Origin: Anaerovibrio sp.
Lineage (GTDB): Bacteria; Bacillota; Negativicutes; Selenomonadales; Selenomonadaceae
Reading direction: 5' to 3' (one strand)
Length of the DNA: 62,548 bases
NCBI RefSeq assembly: GCF_017475925.1
Contig: NZ_JAFVER010000058.1
A program made the position numbers and the translations under genes. Below the pieces are notes generated by a model. It had not been told where the DNA came from and did no database searches. It was given only the letters and a program-made list of their open reading frames with translations. This document shows, piece after piece, positions 32,638 to 43,954 of the stretch (the stretch's first letter is position 1; each line of letters opens with the position of its first letter).

Positions 32638-34155
32638 GTGTACGAAATGGTAAACAGCATTTGTGCTATATTTCAGGAGCTGGCTGATCTGGTATGGGGA
32701 TTTCCTACTAATCTTGATTGGTATGCCAGTCTACCCATCATAGGGAATCTGCCCTTGGTCATCATCCTGCTGGTGGGAACAGGCTTTTATTTCACCTGCC
32801 GCCTGGGCTTTGTACAAATCAGGTACTTTAGCTATGGTATTAAGCTCCTGCTGAATAGTCACCAAGCCAAGCAGGGCATCAGCCCCCTGGCCTCCTTTCT
32901 GCTCTCTACGGCTATGCGGGTAGGTCCAGGGAATATCCTTGGGGTGACGGGAGCAGTTTCCACCGGTGGGCCGGGTGCCCTGTTCTGGATGTGGATATCT
33001 GCATTTTTTGGTATGTCCACGGCTTTTGTGGAATCCACACTATCTCAAATTTTCAAGGAAACCCAGGGTGATGAATACGTGGGCGGGCTTCCAAGCTACG
33101 GCAGAAGACTGCTGGGAGGCGCAGCAGTCGTAGGTAGCACCTTAAGCTTCCTTTATATTATTTATGCGCTGCTCTGTATTCCGGCGCAGGGCTTCAATAC
33201 TATCTCCGCCATGGTGGCCGTCACTCAAAATATATTAGGCGGAGAAATTCCTGCTGATGGTGCCCTTGTCTGGGGCTTCGCCCTACTGCTGATGGGATTG
33301 GCAGCCTTTTCTATTTTGGGTGGTCTCAGGCGCATTACCCGCATAACCGATGTGCTTGTACCCATCATGGCCGTAATATATGTGTCGGCGGTGCTGGTAA
33401 TGGTAGCCATGAACCTTGAGCTTCTGCCGTGGTTCTTTTATACTGTAGTTACCCAAGCCTTTAGCCCGGAACCGATTTTCGGCGGTGCTGTTGGCCTTGC
33501 TATTTCGCAGGGGATTAAACGGGGACTCATGAGCAACGAGGCTGGGCAGGGTACCCTTTCAATGCCGGCGGCTGTATCCCATGCCAAGCACCCCTGTGAC
33601 CAGGGCATTATACAGGCTATCGGCGTGTTCCTTGATACCATGGTTATCTGTACATTGACCGGCTTTGTTGTTATTATGGGACAAGCCTGGCTGAAGGCTG
33701 ATTATGCTGCCTGGTTTGAAATGGGGCGACTGGAAAAGTTCCTGAACTCCTGCCAGCAGATGCTGGGCAATGAGGCAACCTTCAGTCTTGCCACCCTGGT
33801 TATTAGTATTTGCTTTGGAATCTTCGCTTTTACATGTCTGCTGGGCTTTCTATCCTTTTCGGAAATATGCGCCAGGCAGATTTCTGAGAACAGGCTGTTT
33901 GTTGCCGCAGTTAGACTGGTAAATCTCGCCGTACTGGCCTTTGGCATGATTACGAACATTGCAGGCCTGGATCTCAGTGCCTTATGGAATCTAAGTGATT
34001 TTGCCAATATACTTATGGTATGTTGCAACCTGCCGCTGCTTTACATAGGATACGGCAAGGTTCATAAGGCTTTTGAGCATTTCGAGCGGCATGAGGGCTC
34101 CTTTAATTCGAGTACCTTGGGCATCCCACTACCAGTTTGGGATAAGAACTCCTAA
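32638..34155 (+). CDS. Alanine/glycine:cation symporter (AGCS family)
   Basis: VGPGNI, GGPGALFWMW, VGGLPSY, RGLMSNEAGQG, DTMVICTLT. Confidence 0.93.
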   Translation: MYEMVNSICAIFQELADLVWGFPTNLDWYASLPIIGNLPLVIILLVGTGFYFTCRLGFVQIRYFSYGIKLLLNSHQAKQGISPLASFLLSTAMRVGPGNILGVTGAVSTGGPGALFWMWISAFFGMSTAFVESTLSQIFKETQGDEYVGGLPSYGRRLLGGAAVVGSTLSFLYIIYALLCIPAQGFNTISAMVAVTQNILGGEIPADGALVWGFALLLMGLAAFSILGGLRRITRITDVLVPIMAVIYVSAVLVMVAMNLELLPWFFYTVVTQAFSPEPIFGGAVGLAISQGIKRGLMSNEAGQGTLSMPAAVSHAKHPCDQGIIQAIGVFLDTMVICTLTGFVVIMGQAWLKADYAAWFEMGRLEKFLNSCQQMLGNEATFSLATLVISICFGIFAFTCLLGFLSFSEICARQISENRLFVAAVRLVNLAVLAFGMITNIAGLDLSALWNLSDFANILMVCCNLPLLYIGYGKVHKAFEHFERHEGSFNSSTLGIPLPVWDKNS

Positions 34156-34269
34156 AGCCGTAAAATGAAATTTATTCAGTGGGTGCTTACATCCACCTAA
34201 GAGGAGAGCGCCTTAGCGCCCGTCAGTGTAGGGTGAATTTTAATTTAATGTATAAATGAGGTTGGAGCA

Positions 34270-35040
34270 ATGGTTACAGTAATTTTTCCGGCAGCTGGAA
34301 GAGGAAAACGCATGGGTGCAGGCATGAACAAGGTTTTTATGCCATTGGTGGGTGTTCCGATACTCATAAGAACCCTTCTTCAATATTCGGCCTGTAATGA
34401 AATTGACCAAATGGTTGTAGTAGTAGCCGATTATGAAGTGGAATTTGTCAAAAAGCTTCTCGGTGATATTCATGGATTAAAGCCTTACAAGGTTGTTTCT
34501 GGGGGCAGTGAACGACAATATTCTGTCTTGAATGGAATAAATTCCATTGAAGGCTCAGAGGAGGATATTATTTTGGTTCATGATGGAGCTCGTCCCTTTA
34601 TCAGTCAGCAGACAATACAAGCTACCATCGAGGCTGCCCAACGCTACGATGGGGCTGTTGCCGGGGTTCCGGCTAAAAATACGATAAAAATATGTGACGC
34701 ACATGGTATGGTTGAGGATACCCCAGCTCGCTCAGCTTTATGGGAAATTCAGACACCTCAGGGATTTAAACGGGGGATTTTGCTTATAGCCAATGATAGG
34801 GCAAAAAAAGAGCGCTTTTTGGGGACAGATGATGCCAGCCTGGTTGAGCGGGCCGGATATAAGGTTTATGTTGTAAAAAGTGATTATCAGAACATAAAAA
34901 TAACTACACCGGAGGATATGCTGATTGGGGAAGCCTTTATTAGAGAAAAGGGTGATCCGGTGAATGGAATAAATAAACAGATTATGCCTAAAATAGTATC
35001 AATGATTGAAAAAGAATGGCTTGGGAGAGATGAAAAATGA
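34270..35040 (+). CDS. ispD: MEP cytidylyltransferase
   Basis: [33 protein letters not shown]. Confidence 0.96.
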   Translation: MVTVIFPAAGRGKRMGAGMNKVFMPLVGVPILIRTLLQYSACNEIDQMVVVVADYEVEFVKKLLGDIHGLKPYKVVSGGSERQYSVLNGINSIEGSEEDIILVHDGARPFISQQTIQATIEAAQRYDGAVAGVPAKNTIKICDAHGMVEDTPARSALWEIQTPQGFKRGILLIANDRAKKERFLGTDDASLVERAGYKVYVVKSDYQNIKITTPEDMLIGEAFIREKGDPVNGINKQIMPKIVSMIEKEWLGRDEK

Positions 35041-35510
35041 CCAGATTTGGTATGGGATATGATGTGCATCAGCTGGTAGAGGGTCGAAGGCTGATTATTG
35101 GAGGAGTAGAAATTCCCTTTGAAAAGGGGCTGTTGGGACATTCTGACGCTGATGTGCTGCTCCATGCTATAGCAGATGCTTTATTGGGAGCTGCCGCTTT
35201 GGGAGATATAGGAAAGCATTTTCCTGACACTGATGAGCAGTACAGGGGCATATCAAGCATTATATTGCTTGAACATGTAGGAAGGCTGCTGCAGGACAAG
35301 GGCTATACCGTTGGCAACGTGGATGCGACAATTGTGGCTCAACGCCCCAAAATGCTTCCTCACATAGACAAAATGAGGAAAAATATTGCAAAGGCACTAA
35401 AAACTGATTTGGACAGGATAAATATAAAGGCCACCACAGAGGAGCATCTAGGGTTTACCGGAGCTGGGCAGGGAATTTCTTCCTATGCAGTTGCGGGAAT
35501 TGAAGGGTAA
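35037..35510 (+). CDS. ispF: MECDP synthase
   Basis: [27 protein letters not shown]. Confidence 0.97.
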   Translation: MTRFGMGYDVHQLVEGRRLIIGGVEIPFEKGLLGHSDADVLLHAIADALLGAAALGDIGKHFPDTDEQYRGISSIILLEHVGRLLQDKGYTVGNVDATIVAQRPKMLPHIDKMRKNIAKALKTDLDRINIKATTEEHLGFTGAGQGISSYAVAGIEG

Positions 35511-35603
35511 TGGTACAATCTTGTGTTAAAGACTGATACAATGAGATTTGTTCAGAGGTTGCTTTTTCTCTCTCCCTGAGGGCTGGGGCCAGCACAGGTC
35601 AGA

Positions 35604-35727
35604 AAAATGAGACTTATTCAGTGGGAGTTTAAAGCTCCCACTGAATAAGTCGAATAAATCCTGAGTCGTACGGGCGTTTATCTCTCACCTGAAGAGTAGG
35701 GAGACTTAGCCCCCGTTAGCGTAGGAT
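35604..35727 (+). repeat. Family B element
   Basis: ATGAGACTTATTCAGTGGGAG..CTCCCACTGAATAAGTCGAATAAATCCT...TTAGCCCCGTTAGCGTAGGA. Confidence 0.8.
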
Positions 35728-35755
35728 GAAGGATAAAAGGAGTTAGATAATAAAT

Positions 35756-37189
35756 ATGCTAAAGGTTTATAATACTTTAACCAGAAGAAAAGAGGAGTTT
35801 GTTCCACAGGAGCCTGGAAAGGTTGGTATGTACGTCTGCGGTGTTACCCCATATAACCACCCCCACATTGGGAATGCCCGTCCCTTTGTGACCTGGGATG
35901 TTATAAAGCGTTACCTTAAGCATCGGGGGTTCGAGGTCAGGCATATTCAGAACTTTACTGATATGGATGATAAAATCATCAAGGCTGCCAATACAGAGGG
36001 GGTAGCCTGGGAAATCATTACCAAACGGTATATCAAGGGCTATTTTGATGCCATAGATGCATTAAATGTTCAACGGGCTGACCTTTATCCAAAGGTAACG
36101 GAGCATATTCAGGATATTATTGATATGGTGGAGAGACTTGTTGAGAAGTGCTATTCTTATACCATAGATGGGGATGTGTATTTCAGTGTGGAGAAGTTTC
36201 CGGAGTATGGCAAGCTGTCGGGCCGAAAGCTGGAGGATATGCAGGCTGGTGCTCGTGTAGAGGTTGATACCAGAAAGCACAATCCAATGGATTTTGCTCT
36301 TTGGAAATCTGTCAAGCCAGGAGAGCCGTATTGGGAAAGTCCATGGGGGAAGGGCCGCCCAGGTTGGCATATCGAGTGCTCGGCAATGTCCAGAAAATAT
36401 TTGGGGGAAACCTTTGATTTTCATGGCGGCGGCAGTGATTTGATTTTTCCGCATCATGAAAATGAAATTGCCCAGTCGCAGTGCTGCTGTGGGGATTATC
36501 ACAGCTTTGCCCAGTATTGGCTTCACAATGGGTTTATTACTATCGATAATGAAAAAATGAGTAAATCCCTGAATAACTTTATAACAGTGCCGGATATTTT
36601 GAAGCAGTATCCAGGTGAGGTAGTACGGTTCTTTATATTGCGCACTCATTATCGCAGTCCATTGGACTTTAGTGAGGACCGGATAAAGGAAGCTCAGGCC
36701 GGTCTGCTTCGCTTGAAGAATGCCTATGATTTGGGAAAGGAGCTGCTTAGCCGTACCAGCACTACCGATACCCACCATCATCTTTCGGAGACAGCCGACA
36801 AGGCAATGGCTGATTTTTATGAGGCAATGGACGATGATTTCAACACGGCTTTGGCTATTGGCTATATGTTTACATTATCAAAGGAAATAAATGTTTATGC
36901 CAATCAGGTAATCAACAAAGGGGCCGAGTATGACGGGGCTAATTTCAAAAGGCTGTTGGATACTTATGAAAAAATGGCTTCGGTAATTGGAATATTTGAG
37001 GGCTCTCTGGAAATGCCTCAGCAGGATGACACTATTTCATCGGCAGAAATTGAGGCCCTTATTGCTGAGCGGACTGAAGCCAAGAAAGCGAAGAATTGGG
37101 GCAGAGCTGATGAAATTCGTGATAGCCTTAAAGCAAAGGGGATTATTCTCGAGGATTCAGCCACTGGGACAAAATGGAAGAAAGCATAG
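35756..37189 (+). CDS. cysS: Cysteine--tRNA ligase
   Basis: YVCGVT, HIGN, GRPGWHIECS, KMSKS. Confidence 0.98.
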   Translation: MLKVYNTLTRRKEEFVPQEPGKVGMYVCGVTPYNHPHIGNARPFVTWDVIKRYLKHRGFEVRHIQNFTDMDDKIIKAANTEGVAWEIITKRYIKGYFDAIDALNVQRADLYPKVTEHIQDIIDMVERLVEKCYSYTIDGDVYFSVEKFPEYGKLSGRKLEDMQAGARVEVDTRKHNPMDFALWKSVKPGEPYWESPWGKGRPGWHIECSAMSRKYLGETFDFHGGGSDLIFPHHENEIAQSQCCCGDYHSFAQYWLHNGFITIDNEKMSKSLNNFITVPDILKQYPGEVVRFFILRTHYRSPLDFSEDRIKEAQAGLLRLKNAYDLGKELLSRTSTTDTHHHLSETADKAMADFYEAMDDDFNTALAIGYMFTLSKEINVYANQVINKGAEYDGANFKRLLDTYEKMASVIGIFEGSLEMPQQDDTISSAEIEALIAERTEAKKAKNWGRADEIRDSLKAKGIILEDSATGTKWKKA

Positions 37190-37192
37190 ACC

Positions 37193-37714
37193 ATGAAGTT
37201 TGAATATTATAAGAAGTTAGTTGATATGATGTTTACTCCTGACGGAAACGGTGGAGTGCTTCAACGATATGATACAGTGGATCCCAAAACGGTAAATCCC
37301 TTGGTATTGGCTTATATCGGTGATGCTTATTTTCACCTGTTTGTGCGAGGGAGGATTCTTTCCTATGAACAGAGCAAAATACATGTGCTGCACCAATTCA
37401 GTGCGCAGATTGTATCAGCTGTGTGGCAGGATAAGGCCTATAGGGCTATTGAGCATTTATTGACACCGGAGGAAATCGGGGTCTATAAACGGGGAAGGAA
37501 TGCCAAGAGCCATGCTCCCCGCAGTGCCAGTGTAGCGCAGTATCACTCCAGCACCGGCTTCGAGGCTTTGCTGGGCTATCTATATTTAATGGAGAGAAAT
37601 GAGCGCCTTTATGAGCTGTCGGAGGCCTCCTTTCAGGTTATATCCAAGGCAATGATGACCGAGATTGCAGAAAAGAAAATGGAGAGTTGCTATGATAAAG
37701 GTAAAACTACTTGA
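37193..37714 (+). CDS. mrnC: Mini-ribonuclease III
   Basis: [24 protein letters not shown]. Confidence 0.92.
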   Translation: MKFEYYKKLVDMMFTPDGNGGVLQRYDTVDPKTVNPLVLAYIGDAYFHLFVRGRILSYEQSKIHVLHQFSAQIVSAVWQDKAYRAIEHLLTPEEIGVYKRGRNAKSHAPRSASVAQYHSSTGFEALLGYLYLMERNERLYELSEASFQVISKAMMTEIAEKKMESCYDKGKTT

Positions 37715-38381
37715 ACATACACCGGAGCCAGAACGGGTAGTGGCTATGGCGGCCAGACTGTGTTATTCAGCCGCCGGGGCTGAAGAGCTGGCGGAACGCA
37801 TGACGAAGGAGCAGGTAGAAAAGCTGCTGTCGAAAATTGTAAAGATGGGTCACGCATCCACTATGGAGCATGTGTCTTTTACCTTCGGGATAGAAGGTGT
37901 GTCACGGGTGCTGACTCACCAGCTGGTACGTCATCGTTTGGCGTCATATAGCCAGCAGTCCCAACGATATGTAGCAGAGCATGATTTTGAATATATTCTT
38001 CCACCAACTATTGCCGAGAAACCAGAGGCAATGGCGCGGTTTGAAGCCCTGATGGAGGAGGTACAGAAGGCATATAATGAGCTGGCCGATATGGGAATAC
38101 CCAAGGAGGATGCCCGATATGTTCTGGCTAATGCCACGGAAACCAAAATTGTGGTTACCATGAATGCCCGTTCATTGATGCATTTCTTTAATCTTCGTTG
38201 CTGCAACCGGGCTCAATGGGAAATCCGTGATTTGGCATATAAGATGCTGGCTGAGGTAAAGAAGGTAGCTCCAATTTTGTTCAGGAATGCTGGTGCTTCC
38301 TGTGTATCCACCGGACATTGCCCAGAGGGGGCCATGACCTGCGGAAAATTTTCAGAAATGATAAAGATGAGAGACGAATAA
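37692..38381 (+). CDS. thyX: FAD-dependent thymidylate synthase
   Basis: [29 protein letters not shown]. Confidence 0.96.
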   Translation: MIKVKLLEHTPEPERVVAMAARLCYSAAGAEELAERMTKEQVEKLLSKIVKMGHASTMEHVSFTFGIEGVSRVLTHQLVRHRLASYSQQSQRYVAEHDFEYILPPTIAEKPEAMARFEALMEEVQKAYNELADMGIPKEDARYVLANATETKIVVTMNARSLMHFFNLRCCNRAQWEIRDLAYKMLAEVKKVAPILFRNAGASCVSTGHCPEGAMTCGKFSEMIKMRDE

Positions 38382-38382
38382 T

Positions 38383-39285
38383 ATGGGCTATAATAAAACA
38401 GGCGAAGGTAAGTCTGATAAACGGTCTGTTGCCATAAAGGAGCATAAGGGCAGTAAACTGGAATATATGATAAAGAAAAAACATCGACAGACTGATCGCC
38501 GTACCGGGGAAATAATGAAGAATGAAGCAGCCCTTGGAGCAGCTGAACTGCCTGATGATATGGTGGCAGGGCGCAACGCTGTTATGGAGGCTCTAAAGGG
38601 TGGTCGAAGTGTAAATAAGCTTATGGTGGCCAATGGAAGTAATGAGGGCTCAATAAAGGAAATTATTGCCATTGCTAAGGAAAAAGGCGTAAACATTATA
38701 TATCTGGAACGTAGTAAAATAGACTCCATGGCTCGTGGGATACGGCATCAGGGGGTATTGGCCCAGGTATCCCCAGTGGATTATGTTGAGCTGGAGGATA
38801 TTTTGCAGGTTGCCAGGGAGCGTAATGAACCACCATTTATAGTCCTGTTAGATGAGCTGGAGGACCCTCATAATCTGGGGGCTATTTTGCGGACGGCAGA
38901 TGCGACGGGTGTACATGGGGTGCTAATACCAAAACGTCGAAGCTGTCCATTGTCTGCTACTGTGGCCAAGACCTCAGCCGGAGCAGTAGAGTATGTTCCG
39001 GTTGCCCGCATTGGCAATGTAGTGCAGACTATCAGAAGACTGAAGGACTTGTGCCTTTGGGTTGCCGCTGCTGATATGGATGGTACTAATTATTATGAGG
39101 CCGATATGACAGGTCCTTTGCTGCTGGTTATTGGGAGTGAGGGCCATGGCGTTGGACGGCTGGTTAAGGAGCAATGTGATTTTATAGTGAAGCTTCCTAT
39201 GGTGGGGAGGATAAACTCGCTAAATGCCTCAGTGGCAGGGTCAATTTTAATGTATGAGGCAATGAAGCAACGACGAAGCAGCTGA
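38383..39285 (+). CDS. rlmB: 23S rRNA Gm2251 methyltransferase (start uncertain)
   Basis: GRNAVMEAL, HQGV, DPHNLGAILRTA, GSEG, SLNASVA. Confidence 0.94.
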   Translation: MGYNKTGEGKSDKRSVAIKEHKGSKLEYMIKKKHRQTDRRTGEIMKNEAALGAAELPDDMVAGRNAVMEALKGGRSVNKLMVANGSNEGSIKEIIAIAKEKGVNIIYLERSKIDSMARGIRHQGVLAQVSPVDYVELEDILQVARERNEPPFIVLLDELEDPHNLGAILRTADATGVHGVLIPKRRSCPLSATVAKTSAGAVEYVPVARIGNVVQTIRRLKDLCLWVAAADMDGTNYYEADMTGPLLLVIGSEGHGVGRLVKEQCDFIVKLPMVGRINSLNASVAGSILMYEAMKQRRSS

Positions 39286-39299
39286 TTACCCCACTGATT

Positions 39300-39377
39300 G
39301 CTAAGCACCTGTTAGCGCAGGATTAATTCGACTATAATTCAGCGGTAGTATAATGCTCCCACTGAATAAGTCTCATT
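39300..39377 (-). repeat. Family B element (partial), followed by REP-like remnants to ~39515
   Basis: CAGGATTAATTCGAC...CTCCCACTGAATAAGTCTCATT. Confidence 0.75.
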
Positions 39378-39534
39378 ATTTTAAACCCACCTCTCCTTGG
39401 GGATGTAAGGGGTGTGGAGCTTTGCAAAATCCATGCTTACAGGGATGTAGGGGATGAGCAATAGCTTTATCTTGGCTCCCTTGGAGGAGCTGTCTACTTT
39501 AGTAGACTGAAAGGGTTGTTTGGTGGAGAGTGTT

Positions 39535-40065
39535 ATGAGGAAAAAGCCACGGGAGTGTTATATCATTGATGGCTACAATGTAATAAATTCATGGCCTGAG
39601 CTTGTCCTTTTGAATAGTGACCTGGCTGAGGCCAGGGACCGGCTTATACACATGCTTGTTGAGTATGGCGCTTATGAAAAATATGATATGATCGTGGTGT
39701 TTGATGCACTGTTTACCGATGATGAGGAAAACACAGAGCTGATAAATCCCCATTTTACCGTTGTATATACCGGACGGGGAGAAACCGCAGACAGCTATAT
39801 TGAGCGCCTGGCCTATGATTATGTCCGACAGGGAAGCGAGGTGCATGTGGTCACCTCAGATGGAGCTGAGCAATCAATGATTTTGGGGGCAGGAGCCTAT
39901 CGTCATCCTTCAAAGGAATTTTACACTATCATAAAACGGGCTAAAAAAGAGCTTAGAAAAGGGTATTTGGATAAGGTAAAGCTGCCGGTTTCCCGTAACG
40001 AAATTGCCAGTAACCTTGATGAAGGAACCCTGGCCAAGCTGGATGCATTAAGGAAGATGAAGTAA
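39535..40065 (+). CDS. NYN-domain RNase (YacP/Rae1-like)
   Basis: IIDGYNVI, VVFDA, ETADSYIE, VVTSD; position between rlmB and sigH. Confidence 0.92.
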   Translation: MRKKPRECYIIDGYNVINSWPELVLLNSDLAEARDRLIHMLVEYGAYEKYDMIVVFDALFTDDEENTELINPHFTVVYTGRGETADSYIERLAYDYVRQGSEVHVVTSDGAEQSMILGAGAYRHPSKEFYTIIKRAKKELRKGYLDKVKLPVSRNEIASNLDEGTLAKLDALRKMK

Positions 40066-40099
40066 AGGTTTTATGTGAAAATTCGGGCCATAATAATTA

Positions 40100-40260
40100 G
40101 GGCGTGTTGATTAATTCACTCAGTCCATCTTCGCGGGTCTTGACTGCCCCTGCTGCGTTGACAAATCCTCAGCATAGTACCACTATGCCTGCGGTTTGTC
40201 GCCTTGCATGGACAGCCAATCCCCACAAATCTGGACTAAGCTCATTTAATCAACACGCCC
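40100..40260. mobile_element. 161-bp MITE (family A)
   Basis: TIRs GGGCGTGTTGATTAA/TTAATCAACACGCCC flanked by TA on both sides; second copy at 62278. Confidence 0.9.
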
Positions 40261-40383
40261 TAGGTAAATAACTTTTTTACATATAGGTAGCTCAATGCTT
40301 GATTAATTTTTTGATGGGCGGTATAATTTACTTTAGGCTGTGGTGAAAATCGTGGCCCTACAAGTTTGTGGAGGTATGGCTGT

Positions 40384-41130
40384 ATGGAGAATGGCCTGTT
40401 GACCTGGGATGACTCTTTTGATGATTATGTGAATCTTCCTGACGAGGATGTTATTTTGAAGATTCAGGATAATCAGGATAGCACCGCCATGGAATATCTA
40501 ATAAATAAATATAGAAACTTTGTCAGAGCCAAGGCAAGGTCGTATTTTCTGATTGGTGCTGATCGGGAGGATATTATCCAGGAGGGAATGATTGGCCTTT
40601 ACAAGGCAATCAGGGACTTTCGCAATGACAAGTTATCGTCTTTTAGAGCTTTTGCCGAGCTGTGTGTCACCAGGCAGATTATTACTGCCATAAAGACCGC
40701 TACCAGACAGAAGCATATACCACTTAACTCCTATATTTCCCTGAACAAACCGATTTACGATGAGGACTCTGATCGTACTCTGCTGGATGTTCTTTCAGGA
40801 GCTAAGGTAACTGACCCGGAGGAGCTGCTTATCAGTCGGGAAGAGTTCATCGATATTGAAGCTAAGATGGAGGATATCCTTAGTGATTTGGAGTGGTGTG
40901 TGCTGATGGCTTATTTGGATGGCAAGTCATATCAGGAGATAGCTGTTGATTTGGAACGCCATGTAAAGTCCATTGACAATGCATTGCAACGGGTAAAACG
41001 AAAGCTGGAGCGTTACATGGAGCTTAATGGTAATGAAATCGATATAGGAACTATATATCGTGGACTGACTGCTATAAAGCGCAGAGGCCGTGTTTTTTCA
41101 GATATAAAAAAGGGAGAAGGAGTGCAGTGA
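40384..41130 (+). CDS. sigH: RNA polymerase sigma factor SigH
   Basis: SYFLIGADREDIIQEGMIGL, FAELCVTRQ, KSIDNALQRVKRK. Confidence 0.96.
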   Translation: MENGLLTWDDSFDDYVNLPDEDVILKIQDNQDSTAMEYLINKYRNFVRAKARSYFLIGADREDIIQEGMIGLYKAIRDFRNDKLSSFRAFAELCVTRQIITAIKTATRQKHIPLNSYISLNKPIYDEDSDRTLLDVLSGAKVTDPEELLISREEFIDIEAKMEDILSDLEWCVLMAYLDGKSYQEIAVDLERHVKSIDNALQRVKRKLERYMELNGNEIDIGTIYRGLTAIKRRGRVFSDIKKGEGVQ

Positions 41131-41322
41131 ATGCATTCCCTTTTTTATTATAAATATTTTTTATAGTTGTATTTGCTTTTCACGGGTTTGCCTATCGTCG
41201 CTGCCTGGGGCAAATTGACAATGTTACATTTTGTGTATTATACTTCTTATCAATGATGTTTATCATAGCATAAATTATCTATTAGTATTTATATTATTAA
41301 AAATATTTAAGGGGGAGTTTTT

Positions 41323-41676
41323 ATGGATGGTTATGCAGCATTGGGTATATTTTTCCTGATGGCACTGGGATTTCCGATTGCACCTATTATAATCGCGAAC
41401 ATCATCCAGCCAAAGCAGCCAACTGATGAAAAGGATATACCATACGAATGCGGTGTTGACACAATCGGCAAGAACAACGTGCAGTATCATATAGGTTATT
41501 TTATGTATGCACTTGTTTTTTTGCTTTTTGATGTGGAAACGGTTTTCCTGTATCCTTGGGCAGTAAAATACAGTCAGCTTGGCTTGTTTGCCCTATGTGA
41601 AATGCTGGTATTTGTAGGGATATTAACCATTGGTCTTTGGTATGCCTGGAAGAAGGGGGCTCTGTCATGGAAATAG
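41323..41676 (+). CDS. nuoA: Complex I-like subunit A
   Basis: [20 protein letters not shown]. Confidence 0.95.
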   Translation: MDGYAALGIFFLMALGFPIAPIIIANIIQPKQPTDEKDIPYECGVDTIGKNNVQYHIGYFMYALVFLLFDVETVFLYPWAVKYSQLGLFALCEMLVFVGILTIGLWYAWKKGALSWK

Positions 41677-42239
41677 TGGATATTGTGCCACCGGTGCTGA
41701 AGGACAATGTTATTGTCACCAGTGTTGACGCACTTTTTAAGTGGGGTAAATCAAATTCCATATGGCCTTTGTCCTCAGGGCTGGCATGCTGCTCCATAGA
41801 AATGATGTGTGCAGCGGCTTCAAGATTTGACTTGGCCAGATTTGGCTACGAGGTATTTCGTTCCTGTCCTCGTCAGTCCGACTTGCTGATAGTTGCTGGT
41901 ACCCTTACCTGGAAAATGACTCCGCCACTTATTCGTCTTTATGAGGAAATGCCTGAACCGAAGTATGTAATTGCCATGGGTAATTGCAACATAGCTGGGG
42001 GTCCGTTTTCTGACTCTTACTCAGTAGTAACCGGCCTTGACAAGATAATGCCGGTGGATGTTTATCTGCCTGGCTGTCCACCAAGACCTGAAGCACTGAT
42101 TGATGCTATGCTGAAGCTGAAAAAGCTTATACAACATCCGGAGCTGGCGAACGCTGCCGCAGATGCAAAGGCAATCAGCCGTGCCAATCTGCGCAGTATG
42201 ACTCAGCCGGTGGCTGGTTTGAAGGAAAAGGCGGAATAA
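41667..42239 (+). CDS. nuoB: Complex I-like subunit B
   Basis: [21 protein letters not shown]. Confidence 0.95.
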   Translation: MEIVDIVPPVLKDNVIVTSVDALFKWGKSNSIWPLSSGLACCSIEMMCAAASRFDLARFGYEVFRSCPRQSDLLIVAGTLTWKMTPPLIRLYEEMPEPKYVIAMGNCNIAGGPFSDSYSVVTGLDKIMPVDVYLPGCPPRPEALIDAMLKLKKLIQHPELANAAADAKAISRANLRSMTQPVAGLKEKAE

Positions 42240-42240
42240 T

Positions 42241-42741
42241 ATGGGAAAATATTTTGATAAAGAAAAATTGGAATTATTAAAGGCCCAGTTTGATACTGCC
42301 GAGTATGATGCAGAGCAGGCAGAGCCGGCTATATATATAGGAAAGGAACAGCTTTTGGGGCTGATGAGGGTTCTCAGAGAAACTCCTACATATGCTTTTG
42401 ACCGAATGTCAAATCTGACGGCGGTGGACTATAAGGAATATTTTGAAATGGTATATAGTCTTTATTCCCGTCGGTTTGATATGTGGATTACAGTAAAGGT
42501 TAAACTGGACCATGACAAGCCTGAGGTTGAATCAATGACTCAGATTTGGGAAGGAACTAACTTTGAGGAAAGAGAAACCTACGATTTAATGGGGATAAAT
42601 TTCATTCATCACCCTGATTTACGGCGGATTTTAATGCCGGATAATTATGATGCACATCCACTGAGAAAGGATTTTGTACCTTTGGAGCCAAAAATTGAAG
42701 GGGGGGTACTGACATGGCACAAACAGAAAAGTATGTCCTGA
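42241..42741 (+). CDS. nuoC: Complex I-like subunit C
   Basis: ERETYDLMG, HPDLRRI, HPLRKDF. Confidence 0.93.
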   Translation: MGKYFDKEKLELLKAQFDTAEYDAEQAEPAIYIGKEQLLGLMRVLRETPTYAFDRMSNLTAVDYKEYFEMVYSLYSRRFDMWITVKVKLDHDKPEVESMTQIWEGTNFEERETYDLMGINFIHHPDLRRILMPDNYDAHPLRKDFVPLEPKIEGGVLTWHKQKSMS

Positions 42742-43811
42742 ATATGGGGCCACAGCATCCTAGTACCCATGGTGTTCTTCAGGTACAGGTGGAGCTTGAT
42801 GGGGAAAATATAGTTGGTGCTAAGCCGATAATGGGATATCTGCATCGGGGAATTGAGAAATTAATGGAATCCCGAACCTATACCCAATGTGTGCCATATA
42901 CAGACCGGCTGGACTATGTATCTGCCATGAACAACAATCTGGGCTTTTGTATGGCTGTGGAAAAGCTGGCCTCCATCGAAGTTCCAAGAAGGGCCGAGTA
43001 TATTCGGGTTATTTGTGCAGAGCTTAACCGTATTGCCAGTCATCATGTATTTATTGGCTCTCTGACTAATGACCTTGGTTCAGCTACTGGTATGATTTAT
43101 GCCTTCCGTGATCGGGAGAAAATTCTGGATTTATTTAATATTATTTGTGGTGCCCGTATGACCGCCCATTATATTCGCATTGGTGGAGTGGCAGCTGATG
43201 CTCAGGAGGAATTTTTAAAGGGAGCCCAGGAGTTTGTAAACTATGTTCCGGCCATGTTGGATGAGTATGACAGGATTTTTACCGGCAATGAAATTTTTCA
43301 GGCCCGTATGAAGGGAACCTCGATTATTACCAGAGAGACAGCCCTGAAATACAGTATGTCCGGTCCGAACATAAGAGCCAGTGGTGTGGATTATGATATT
43401 CGTAAAATAGATAAGTATGGTGCTTATGGCGATTTTGATTTTGAAATTCCTCTCGGTGAACAGGGAGACAACTGGGACAGATATATTGTGCGGCTGAAGG
43501 AGGTTCAGCAGAGTGCCAATATTATTCAGCAAGCACTGGACAATATGCCGGATGGCCCTGTCATGGCAAAGGTTCCTAAGGTACTGAAGCCACCAAAGGG
43601 GGATGCCTATCATCGGGTTGAAAACACCCGTGGTGAGCTGGGCTTCTATATAGTAAGCGATGGCTCCACCAAGCCGTATCGTGTGCACATACGACGTCCA
43701 TCCTTTGTTAATTTGCAGGCTTTGGACAGCATGTGCCAGGGGATGCTTTTGGCCGATGCCGTTACGGCATTTGCTACTATCGACCCATTGATGGGTGAGG
43801 TAGATTGTTAA
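42714..43811 (+). CDS. nuoD: Complex I-like subunit D
   Basis: NMGPQHPSTHGVL, GYLHRG, DRLDY; no NiFe CxxC motifs. Confidence 0.95.
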   Translation: MAQTEKYVLNMGPQHPSTHGVLQVQVELDGENIVGAKPIMGYLHRGIEKLMESRTYTQCVPYTDRLDYVSAMNNNLGFCMAVEKLASIEVPRRAEYIRVICAELNRIASHHVFIGSLTNDLGSATGMIYAFRDREKILDLFNIICGARMTAHYIRIGGVAADAQEEFLKGAQEFVNYVPAMLDEYDRIFTGNEIFQARMKGTSIITRETALKYSMSGPNIRASGVDYDIRKIDKYGAYGDFDFEIPLGEQGDNWDRYIVRLKEVQQSANIIQQALDNMPDGPVMAKVPKVLKPPKGDAYHRVENTRGELGFYIVSDGSTKPYRVHIRRPSFVNLQALDSMCQGMLLADAVTAFATIDPLMGEVDC

Positions 43812-43933
43812 TCCTATGTTAACGGGTGCCAGACTCTCCTTCTCTTGGATGGGAGATAAGCACCCGTAGCACTCAGGGTTAATTCGGCTGCATTCAGTGT
43901 GAGTATGAAGCTTTCACTGAATAAGACTCATTT
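43808..43933 (-). repeat. Family B element between nuoD and nuoH
   Basis: TTAATCCTATGTTAACGGGTGC...CACTGAATAAGACTCATTT. Confidence 0.78.
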
Positions 43934-43954
43934 AATAGATTGGCAGGTGGAAAT

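Noticed and set aside
42714-43811. Group 4 NiFe hydrogenase large subunit
   Set aside because: No CxxC nickel ligands; the quinone-site His and Tyr motifs of NuoD are present
43808-43933. Repeat element as the scar of a nuoEFG deletion
   Set aside because: 11-subunit operons lack EFG in many lineages and the same element occurs at other junctions
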